Below the pieces are notes generated by a model. It was not told the origin of the DNA. It saw only the letters and a program-made list of their open reading frames with translations, and searched no databases. A DNA stretch of 61,815 nucleotides, filler included, from Streblomastix strix (lineage: Eukaryota), in the NCBI GenBank assembly GCA_008636045.1. It is 4 parts of 4 records of this genome, joined end to end, with 100 filler letters (N's around TTAATTAATTAA, not from the genome) between each part and the next. Parts side by side here need not be neighbours in the genome. Positions count along the whole stretch, not along the records: positions 15,502 to 30,887 come from SNRW01000995.1; positions 30,988 to 46,352 come from SNRW01000996.1; 2 more parts are not named here. One strand, given 5' to 3'. Positions 26,324 to 37,847 of the stretch are shown here, piece by piece; within the stretch, counting starts at the first letter, position 1; each line of letters starts with the position of its first letter. The position numbers and the translations under genes were made by a program.

Positions 26324-29300
26324 ATGTTCACACTCACAATTCTCCTCGCTGTGAGCTTCGCGCTCGGTGTAACCACAGGTATTCGAATAATTATAAATAT
26401 ATGGGGTTTTAGAAACATTCAATAAACACATAATCTATTATTGGAAGAGAACCGTGAATTATTAAAACTATCAGTTTTTCTGTGCTTTCAACTTTATAAA
26501 TTCATTAATTTCTACATTTTCGAATATATTTACTCATTGAATATATTTATGCACAAATTATTAAACTCTTTCTATTCACTATATGGATAAACAAAACTGA
26601 ATTTTTATTACATTTTTTTTCTAACTTATATATCAATTTTGAACTTATTAGAATATGCATTCGAATATAATTTATATTTTAATACTTCTTTTTATAATTA
26701 ACCAGATTCAAATTAGCAGAACGACGAATATGTTTTCTATGTTGGCAAAAATGGAACAAGACTTGACGACTGTTTATTTGAATTCCGTCCTTGTGATAAA
26801 ATTTAAACGGTGATTTTTAAATATGACGATTTAAGCAGCTATTTAATCAAACTTGATAACTCTATGCATGATTTAGATCTTGGATATATAATAGAAAATA
26901 TAAAAAGTCTGTATTAGTTTTTCTTAATTTGTTATTTTATTAATTTTTGTTATAGATTATTAATTTTAAACACCAGTTAAAATTGCATTGCATGGCACTG
27001 AAAAAACTGTTCTTAAACTCTTCAATGATACATAGCTATTAGAAAATATATAAATAAAAGCTCATGATCTTACATTAGATATAACTGATGTTAAATTAGA
27101 AAACTTTCTGCGTGGAAGTTATAATGAACTAACAAATGTTAAGATTGTGAGAGGTGAAGGTCAAACTGCTATTAATTAGATTTCTATTATAAGTGGTATA
27201 GATTTCAAGACATTATTAGATAAAGTTACAATAGATGGAGAATTGAAAGATGGATTAGAACCTTTATTCTAAATAGGAAAATTAACTTAATTCACTCTTA
27301 ATAACTCATTAATCAAGAATATAAGGATTATTGGATAAGAATATGATCAAGCGATTATGCGTATAGACAATCTCAATTCAGATTCATTAGTCACAATAGA
27401 AAACACAGTTATTTCAGATACTTAATCAGATTCTCCAAATTCTCAACTTATTTTAGTTCAATTCAGTAATCCTATTGTAATTACACCAACGACTAAACCA
27501 GTTCTCATAATCAAAGGATCTACATTCCAGAATAGTAATCATTTATCTTCAATAGATAACATTAATGCAGTTGTGAAACTTGTTGATGTCAAACCCGAAC
27601 TTTTCAAATTCATAAACAACACATTCAACAATGTGAAATCAATTGAAGAAAATGAAAAAGATTATGAAATAATGATCTATCTTACATAAGGTTACACAGC
27701 TGGTGATGTTATCCCTCGATTTGCTGGCTTTCTGTATAATCATAATATAAAACCTATAATTATCTACGAGTTTGGATCAACTATTCCCAAATTCATTTTC
27801 CCAGGAAGTTATGAATATTTGACAATTAATTCGAACAGTGGTACAATTAGTTGCACCAAATATGATGAAGATTACAATGATGAAATCAAAACTCTTAGTT
27901 GTGCAATGATTATTATTAGAGGACAAGATTCAATTGATTAACTTAGATTATCAAAAAGAAGTATTGAAATTGAAGGAGAATTTTCTGAAATTGATTTGAG
28001 AACTGATGGTTTATATTAAATATTAAATATTTTTAGATTATTTAAATATTTTTTTTAATATTTTATTATATATTATTATACATTTAGGTTAATTAATTAC
28101 TTTCCTTGGTAGTAACCATATAGCTGCATCAAATTAAATCACTTTCAGACCATCAGTTGGAAGTCAACCAAATGATTCTCTCTTCCGAGTCACAAATGGT
28201 GGAGAACTCAATCTTGATTCCATTCAAGTCACCAGGATTCGTTCATTCATTGGTGCAGAAGAAATCCCAATTGTATCTGTTGTTCCAGAATCTGGGAAAT
28301 ATGGATAAATTACCTCAATTCCAGGTATTCTGATTCTAACAAACAGTATTATCAGTGGAACAGGCTCATTTTCTGAGAAATGGAGTGGGAAAGGAATTAA
28401 TGAAATCTGCAATTTGAATTATGCACCTCTTATTGTAGGATCATCAACTGGCACAGTTACATTGATTGGAACTACAGTTACTCAATCTGAAGGAGCTGGA
28501 ATCTATGTTTATGGTGGAGCATAATTATCTATCGATTCAACTAGCACACTTATTTCAAACGGAGAACGAGTTGGATCATCACTTTCTGGAATGCAAACTC
28601 ATGTTGTTTGTAATGGAATCGATGCGAGTGGATATCCAATAACTACATCAGTTGAAATCAATTCCAATGCACTCCCAAGTTATTCAACAAATTAAGAGAC
28701 TTGGGTATTTGCAGATTCATTTAAAGAATGCAATTCAATTATTATAACACCTGGAGGTAATATTGTTGGTCGTATTGCACCATAAGCTACTTCAGGAAGT
28801 ATCACAATTAAATCAAATGAATCAGGATCAAAGACAGTTTAAACAACCGTAACAGGAAATAATCTCAATCCATGTGATAGAATATTATTCCTTGAAGTCA
28901 GAAATCAATATGGATAAACTATTTTATCTCAGAATCTGAATGAATCATCATCAAATGCAGCAGGTGCATAATGGGAAGGTATTGACAAATTTTCGCTTGA
29001 ACTTCCAAGTTCTTCATTCACAGATGCAACAAGTGAATCGAAATTCAGTTTGAGAGTTGTTGAATATAGAAAAGAAAGTTAATATGATTGGGTTGATGCA
29101 TCTTTGAATTTTGATGAATAAGCATCTCCAACAGAAGAAGAATAATAATCTAATTCATCTGGTCTTTCATTAAAATGGAGAATTGGACTTGCAATGGGGA
29201 TTTCAACATTAGCTATTATTATTGCAGCGATTATAATCATTTGTGTTGAATATAATTTAAATAGAAAAAAAGAGATGAAGAAAAAAGAATCCGAAATAAG

Positions 29301-30059
29301 GAAAGAAAATGAGAAATAAAATTGGAAAGAAAATTAAAAAGATAATGAAAATTAAATTTATAAAAAGTAAGTGAAAATTAAAAAGAATGAAAAGTCGAAT
29401 AATATTCGAAAATAAGAATATATAGAAAATCTGAATAATAATGTGAAAGAGAATATTATTAGCGATCAGAAAGAGCATATTGAAGAAAGTCAAATTAATT
29501 ATGAAGATAAATAATATATTGAAGAAATGGCAAATATTAAATCTTAGATTCCAAAAGCAACAAATAAGAATATAAGAAACAAAGAGAAAATAAAGAAATC
29601 AAAAAATAAGACTGAAATATCTAAAGAAAAATTGACACCTAAGGGAAATAAAATAGAAAATAGAAATAATTCAATAGCATAAGACAGGTTTTACAATATA
29701 AATTATTTAGTATTAAATTTTATTTTTATTTATTTATAATATGTAATTTATTATATATTATTAATAGGGGTAAATTAATGATTGATTAAACATCGAGATA
29801 ATCAAAATAAAGTGAAGGTTAAATTGAAAACGAGGAGAATAAAGAAGAGATCATTTTTGGAGATAACGAAGAGCATTCTTATTTGAAGGAAAAAGAAAAA
29901 TATGAATAAAATGAAGATTGTCTCTCCAACAATATTGTTGTATCATCCTTTCTTAGGACAGTAACGTCATTTTTTCCAGAAAACAATTATTATTCATCAT
30001 AAAACTAACTTTATTCTTCATCCAATTAAAAAATTTCAACAAATAAAGATGTAAAATGA
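26324..30059 (+). CDS. Multi-exon type I membrane surface protein (beta-helix-like ectodomain, K/E/N-rich tail)
   Basis: Signal peptide MFTLTILLAVSFALGVTT; probable introns 26379-26705, ~26911-26954, ~28010-28088, ~29688-29767; TM IGLAMGISTLAIIIAAIIIICV (~29182-29247). Confidence 0.75.
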
Positions 30060-30887
30060 AATTAAATTTCTGATGCAAATGAAAGATTAAAATCAGAAAT
30101 TCACAATCTATGTTTATACACCACATATAGTATGTGTAATATTTGTTCTTGTTTTTTGAAGCAATAGAATGATGATTGCTCAGATTTATGTAATAAATAA
30201 ACATAATAAATTATTAATTGAACTGAGAAAAATATAGTAAAAAAAATAACTTTTGTTTTATCATCAGATCCTGGAAATCCAAATGATCCGATTGAATCCT
30301 CCAAAATATTGAGCATAATTTCAATGTTCATAGAAAGATGAGAAAAAGAATCAATCACAATTTGTATCACTTTCTTGTCTGATAATTGTTGCAGATATAA
30401 AATCCAACATTGTCCATGAAACAAATTAAACAACTCTAGAATCATTATAGAAACCATCAAGTTCGATTAAAATACTGAATTAACTTTAGATATAATATAA
30501 AATGTTAAATAAAGAAGGTTTTGTATTATATAATAGTGAATGTATATTACAAAGGCTAAAATTTAGAGTTACTGAAATAAATATAAGTGTTAATGAAAAT
30601 TAAATATTCAGTTTAAATTAAAATTAAAACTAGTTTATCTCATTTTCAATATTTTGGAAATTAAAGAATATTATAAGAAAAATTTATGAAAAATTAGATT
30701 AAACATAAAACTATTAGTGTTAAAATGCTAAAACAATACTTATGCACTAAAAAAATTAAGAATAATTGTATGAAAAAATTAAAATAATAAAATAGTTCAT
30801 TTTGAAATTAATACTCAAGATATTTTTATCATTAACAAATGATTATCATCTTTCATCATTTCTTAATCATCTGCTAATTTAATAAAA

Positions 30888-30987
30888 NNNNNNNNNNNNN
30901 NNNNNNNNNNNNNNNNNNNNNNNNNNNNNNNTTAATTAATTAANNNNNNNNNNNNNNNNNNNNNNNNNNNNNNNNNNNNNNNNNNNN
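30888..30987. other. Artificial contig linker
   Basis: 44 N + TTAATTAATTAA + 44 N. Confidence 0.98.
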
Positions 30988-30988
30988 C

Positions 30989-31582
30989 TTGGGTACTGCG
31001 AGAGATCTAATGAGGAGAACTATAGGGTTGATGGTGGCTTTCTCAGCCACGAGAATGGTCGAACTTGCCAAAATTACCAGGAATGACATCTTATTCCGAG
31101 ATGAAATAATGATTATCAAAACCGTCGTGAAGAAGTATAAGAAACCCAAGCAGTTTGAAATTACATTCAACAAAAGATAGATTCCTTGCTGTCCGGTCGA
31201 TGCGATGAAATCGTGGTTATCTACAGAAGAATGTACAAAGAAACTAGATGAAGGAATATGGAGGTATTATGAAAGAAAGAAGAAATTGGGAGGAATTGGG
31301 TGCAGCAGAGAGCTGAGGCTTCTCCTCGATGAAATCGGTATAGATAAAGAATATGCAGGTTCTACAGTTCGCCATGCGAAGATGACGAAACTACGAGATG
31401 AAGGTGCAACATAGGAAGAGGTAAATGAGGCTACTAGACTTACCACAGGATCGAACGCATGTGACACGTTCTATTATAAACCAATTGCTAGGGACATCGG
31501 TGCACTTATTTTGAAAGACTTTGAGGTTTAAAATATTGTTAATTAATCTATGATTAATATTAATTTTATATATGCTATATGA
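30989..31582 (+). mobile_element. Tyrosine recombinase C-terminal domain of a DIRS-type retroelement (5'-truncated by contig end)
   Basis: FSATRMVEL (catalytic R), CCPVDAMKSW, STVRHA (xxxR), distal FYYKP (catalytic Y); purine-rich composition like the RT element at 41306. Confidence 0.85.
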
Positions 31583-31806
31583 ATAAATGTATATGAGAGA
31601 GAGGAGAGTAAAGAGAAAGGGTGAATGATAGAAAAATAATAATTAAATTTTATTAAATTAAGTAAATATTAATGAATTACATTAAATTACATTAAATTAC
31701 ATTGAATTATTTAATAAAAACATTAAATTAAATTAAATAAAACTAAATTAAATTAGATAGAATTATACTAGATTAAGTTAAATTATAATTTAAATTGTAA
31801 ACATAC

Positions 31807-33474
31807 ATCCTATTTTTAAATGAATTTGATAGTTAATAAAAATAATAAATTAACAATAATAAATGATGTAAAAATTATTAAATATTGCCATAAATTCATT
31901 TCTATTCTTATTATTTAAGCATACTGTCTGAAATTTCAGTTAGGTATAGATGTAGAAGCAAAAATTAATTTAAAAATAATATAAATGCATGAGTTTACAT
32001 TTCTGTTTCATACTATCTGATTTTTTATAGAATCAAAATATATTATATAATATTTTAAAAAAATAAAAAATTGATAAAATAGAAATAAAATTAACTTTAT
32101 TTAAGTAAAATATACCTCCTATGAAAAGATAAAAATTATCATTATATAAATGAATTTGATGTGATTATATTATAAAAATATTAAGATAGATTTAGTAATA
32201 TTTATAATAAAAGTTAATTTTTTTAATATAAAATAATAAATTTATAATATTATCACACGAGCTATTCCATTATATTAGTTAAATTATTAATGTGTTTATA
32301 TTAAGCAATCAATGATAATAGTATAGAAAATATATATAATATTATTAAATATAAAACTGGTTAATATTAAGTTGTATTGTAAAATAAATGTTTATTTTAT
32401 ATATTTAAAAATTAATTGCATACTTCCTTATTTTCAATGAAATTCAAAAATGACATTATAAAAAAAATTTATTAAAAAAATTATTAATTGATAAAAATAA
32501 GATAGAAATTGAATTTAAATTAATAAATTATTTTTAAAATAATATAAATTTTAATAAAAATATAGTTAATACCTCCTAAAATAGTTATGATATATAATTT
32601 TTTAAAAAATTTATAATTAGTAGAGTAAATTTCAATTTTTAACAAATATTTTTCATTATATATACCAGCTAACATTAAATCAGAGTAAAAGATTCAATGA
32701 GCATTTTATGAAAAAATTAAACATATATAATTAAAGTAAAATATTCATATTTTATTTTAATTATGAAATAAATAATAAGAAAATAATTTTTTCTTTCATT
32801 ATATTATAAAGTATTATACAAACGTGCTGATAATAGAATTAATCAGTAACAATATTATTAACATTGGAGATTAATTTTCAAGTTAAATATACAACAAAAA
32901 TAAATAAATAATATAAATATATAAAATATTAAATAATTAAGAAATAATATGTAAAACACAAATATTAATATTTGATTCATACTTACTGGTTTATATTTAA
33001 AGAGAAATTTTTAAAAAATAAAAAAAATTATAATCATAATTAATATATAAACAAATAATATAAATATGATTATAAAAATTAAATAACATTTAAAATATAA
33101 ACTAAAAAAATTAAAAATTAAATCATACTTACTAATACAGAGAATTCAAAAATTAATTAAAATTAATAAAATTAATCAATATGGATTCATATTTTTAACA
33201 TATAGTTAAATAATATTTACTATTTCCTTTCAAAAATTTAAAATAATATGTTTATACTAACTAATTTATTAAATAAAAGAAATATAATAAAAGAAATATA
33301 ATAAAAAAATAATAAATTTATTAGTGCTATATTTATTTTTATATATTTATCATACTCCCTGGAATTTCAAACGAATATCAATGATAAATCAATAATAATA
33401 ATAATAATAATTATATAAATATTACAAAATTAGTTTTTATTAATTTTTATTATTAATTGTTTATTGCATACGAT
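31807..33474 (-). other. Array of 14 tandem 3-nt micro-exons
   Basis: In transcript order: ATC 33472-4, GGA 33356-8, TTA 33258-60, TAA 33129-31, TAA 32983-5, CAC 32824-6, CTG 32666-8, GAG 32573-5, GAA 32424-6, CTC 32259-61, GAG 32116-8, ATA 32014-6, ACA 31925-7, GAT 31807-9. Acceptors are YAG in 13 of 14; donors are GTAT in 12 of 14. Confidence 0.85.
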
Positions 33475-33913
33475 CTAAAAGGTTAATTTATGGATATATA
33501 ACATATTTATTGTAAAAAAATATAAAATTAATATTTAATATATTAAAATATAAAAAATAAATACGTCCTTCAGGTTCATCAGAGTTAGTTCCAAATTCTT
33601 TAGAAGTTTCACATATTCCAAAGCCTATTACAATTATAAAAATATATTATTAACCGTGAAAATATAATTATTTATTTAAATCATTTTATTTTTAATTCAT
33701 TAATTATATTATCATACAGAATTATTCTCCTTCATGTCCTTTGAACAAAACTTCAAATAATGTTATACCATCGTTGACAGCAGGATCAGCAGTGATTGTT
33801 CTCTTACGATCATTTTCTAATGAACAAATATATTCAATTTCTACACGATTCGTATCCCCTAATGGAACGTTAACAGATGGAACAATTGCTGGAACACGGA
33901 AAAGATTTGCCAT
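31807..33913 (-). CDS. SPRY/B30.2-like domain gene (3'-incomplete): two normal exons followed by 14 three-nucleotide micro-exons
   Basis: Exon 1 33718-33913 MANLFRVPAIVP...RTITADPAVNDGITLFEVLFKGHEGEQF; exon 2 33565-33624 CFGICETSKEFGTNSDEPEG (SPRY-like G-x3-FEV...FGI pattern); then 14 AG|NNN|GT units. Confidence 0.75.
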
Positions 33914-34738
33914 CTAATTATATATAAAATTATAAAAAACAAATAAAAATTAATAAAATCGTTAAAAATCGTTAAAATTCGTTAAAAAAATGAAAAAATA
34001 ACAAATAATATTAGAATAATCTACTATATGATATATAAAATTGTATCATAAGATATATTATATAAATTAAATATAGTTATATTTCTCAAAAATCAACTAC
34101 GAAACAAAAAATTTTAAAATTATTTTTTGAGAGCGAATATTTTGTAAAATATAAAGAATGATTTATATAATTATCTATACAAAATATCTCTTAAAAATAA
34201 TAATTATTCTTAGATATTTAAAATTATGAATCTACGCCAAAAAATCGATTTTTATAAATTATTTGAAAAATTGACGGGGAAGAAGTTATATTACTATTTT
34301 TATTTCAAAAAGGTTTAATTTAACTATTTCATTATTAAATAAAATAACGAAAATAGTAGTGAACAAGCAGGTAATTAAAAAAGCGTTCTGAAACTATACA
34401 AAGCTTTATATAGTTTTTTATTTATATTTTTTATTTTATTTTGGAATACTCACAAATATTATTACAAAATTATTCTCATATAAGCCTTTACGGGCAAACG
34501 AACATTACGGCCGCTGTTTTCTAATATCCAAAGTGCAAATATTACCTCTATTTCAATATTTTATCATAAATTAATATTTAAAACAGTTTTAATGAATTTT
34601 ATTATAATTTACACATTTATTTCAAGACGAAATATGAGATTGATTTTTTCATTTTATTTGCCATTTTTCTTTCTTATTACTATTTAAATATTATTATAGT
34701 ATTATTATTCGGATTTACAACTTTGTTGAAGTTAGATT

Positions 34739-37706
34739 ATGAGCAAGAAAAGACAAAAATGACTCATAACGGCTAAGGTATGCTAGTTTATTTTTCAATT
34801 TTTTATATTACAACTTATTTTCTTACAACGCACTATTTAGAAAGATGAAAAATCACCAGATTATGAGGATGAAATTGTAGATGAAGAAGAATGTATACCA
34901 ATATATTTAATTATTAACTATTTCATTCTGATTATTTTACAGAAAATATAGTTAATGATGAAGCAACTATAGAAAAAGATAAAAAAAATTGCTCCTATTA
35001 CATCTCGAAATGATGCTAAAGAAGAAATCGATAATAATTTGAAATAAGAATAAAGTTTAATTCCAATTACAGATGCTGAAATGGATAAAGATCAAATTAA
35101 CAGAAAAGAATTTGAAGATTGAATTCTAATAAATAAGTTGAATAAGGAAATATCAAGAAAAGGAAAAAATGAATAAAATATTGAGTATTAACTGGCTCAT
35201 AAATAAGTTGAATAAGGAAATAAGATAGAAAATGTAGAAACGCTTGAATATATACGAACTAAATCCCGGTATAATTATCATAATTTCAGATTTGATAAGA
35301 AAATATTTGAAAGAATTACAGAGATTAATTTGAGAGAAGATTTGACAGATTAATAAAAAGAATAAACAAAAGAAGATATCAGAAAGCAGAATAATTGAGA
35401 AATGGAGGTGAATATTAAGATCAGTACAGTATACCCAGTTTAAAGAATGATCTGGAAGAAGATGCTAATAATAAAGGAAAATAATAAAAGAAAGAAAAAT
35501 CAGAAACGAATAAAAAAGATTTTGATTGCTCATTTGATAAAGTTCAGATTAATCGAGGAATGAAAGATGATAAAAAAGAAGACGATATTAATGATTCTTA
35601 ATAAGAAATATCATATGGAGAATTGAATTAAGAAGAAGAAATTGAATTGTAAAGATTTGAATAGAAAGAAAAAGATTAATTATTGAAAGATAAGAAATTA
35701 TCAGGAAAATAAAAAGCTGATAAAGTATCAGGAAGAGAATAAAGAATCAGGAAGAGAATAAAGGAATAAAGAAGAATTAGGAATATTTTGAAGATATATA
35801 AAAGAAACGAATGGAATTATCAATGTTTCAGTAAAGAAATGATTTTTTAGATTTACTTGAAGAAAACCAAGTTGTAACTGTTGTTAGTGACATTTGATCT
35901 AAAAATACAAAACAACTTCCACAGTATTGTGTTGAAGCGAACTATCATATGAACAACACTAAACGTATAGCATGCGCATAACCCAGAAGAGTAGCAGCAA
36001 TGTCTGTTGCATCTCATGTTGCAGAAGAACAAGGTGTATCTTTGGGTGGTGAATTTGGATATACGATTCTATTTGAAGACTGTACAAGTGAGAGAACAAT
36101 CATTCAATATATGACAGATAGAATGTTACTTAGAGCTTTCTTAGCTGAACCAGATTTGAGTTGTTATTCTGTGATCATGTTTGATGAAGCACATGAACGA
36201 ACAATTGATACTGATATCTTACTTGGAATGCTGAAAGATCTTTGTAGATTGAGAAAGAGTGATTTGAGATTGATTGTTTCATCAGCAGCGATGAATTCCC
36301 AGAAACTTTCATAATCCTTTGACAATGCTCCAATATTGAATGTATCAGATCGAATGTATGATGTTGAGATTCTTTATTTGAAACAACCATGTTTTGACTT
36401 TGTTGGAGAAACTATTGAGACAATATTGAATATTCATTAAGAGAATCTAGCAGATGGAGATATCTTAGTTATTCTTTCTGGATAAGAAGATATTGAAGAT
36501 GTTAATTTTAGATTAGAAAGATCTATGCAGAAGAAGTTGAATGAATAAGCAGCTATTAAAGATTGATAGAAAAGTGCGATGTAAAGACTGAATAAAGAAT
36601 AAAGAATATAAATTGGGGATAATTTGAATAAGAATAATATTTTGGAGATGATGATATATCCAATATACTCAGAATTAGCATCAGAATTATAATCTAAGAT
36701 ATTTTAGTGGATAACATTTGGAGCTCGACAAGTTTTAGTTGTTATGAACAATGCTGAGACATCAGATACAATTGAATAGATCAAATATACAATTGACTAT
36801 AGATAATATAAAGTTAAGAAATATCAACCAAAATAAGGATTTGAAGCATTAGTTGTTGAACGAGTATCAAAATCGAGTGCATTATTAAGGAAGGGAAGAA
36901 CATAAACAGGGAAATGTTACAGATTATATACTGAACACTAAAATAATAAAACATATTAATAAAATATATCTGAGATCTAAAGAGCAACTTTATCACATAT
37001 TATTCAGCTTCTGAAGGTTATCAAATAATATTTATTTATTTATCTTAATCTAATATCTATTTTATTTTATTAAATTATTTCAGTCACTAGAATTAGACAA
37101 TCTCATTATTTTTGATTTTATTGATCCACCTGAAACTGAATCTATTATGCGAACAGTTGAATAACAATTTTCATTGGGAACACTAAACTCTCGAGGTGAA
37201 TTAATTAAACCTGATCAAAGAATAGCTGAATTTCCAGTTGATCCATAATCGGCTAAATCTATTCTTACAGGAATAAATTTTGGAGCTACAAAAGAGATAC
37301 TTTCAATTTCATATGTGAAATCAATAGATGGAGAAATATTTAATCGATTAAGAAGATCAGGAAAAGAGAAAGATAATATTTATATTAATAAAAATTGTGA
37401 TGAAACTGGATAGAATAAAAAGAATATTGAAAACAGTCTCATAAGATGATATCATTTATGAGATCACTTCATGAATTCTCTTCTCCATTTGGTGATCATA
37501 TTGGAAAATTGAGAAAGTACTAATTATATGAAGAGAATGAATATGATGAAAGTTGGGCTCGAACTAATTTCTTATAACCAAAAACAATGAGACGAGCTCA
37601 AAATATCAGAGAGTAACTTACAAGGTTATGTGTGAATGCTGGAGTTATTATGAAGAGTAATCAGAATAATGATGTGCTTAAATACATGGACAATGTAAGA
37701 AAGTAA
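34739..37706 (+). pseudogene. DEAH-box spliceosomal RNA helicase (Prp2/DHX16-like) pseudogene; ends approximate
   Basis: [34 protein letters not shown] and DILVILSGQEDI are present, but Walker A is destroyed (VSDI*SKNTKQLPQY), SAT is SAA, and there are multiple TGAs and frameshifts. Confidence 0.85.
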
Positions 37707-37847
37707 AATAAATATGACAACATTATAAATATTTGAATTTAAAATGCCTTTTTATTTTAAATATTTAATTAATAATGTGAGATAATTATGTTATATATTA
37801 AGTGAATGAATTTAAAATATATATTAAGTCTGTATTTTCATAATTTA

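Noticed and set aside
26379..26705. Long first intron checked for another micro-exon array
   Set aside because: No spaced AG-NNN-GT units were found.
30101..30460. Minus-strand ORF near the end of contig 2
   Set aside because: May be an exon fragment, but no motif or gene model could be supported.
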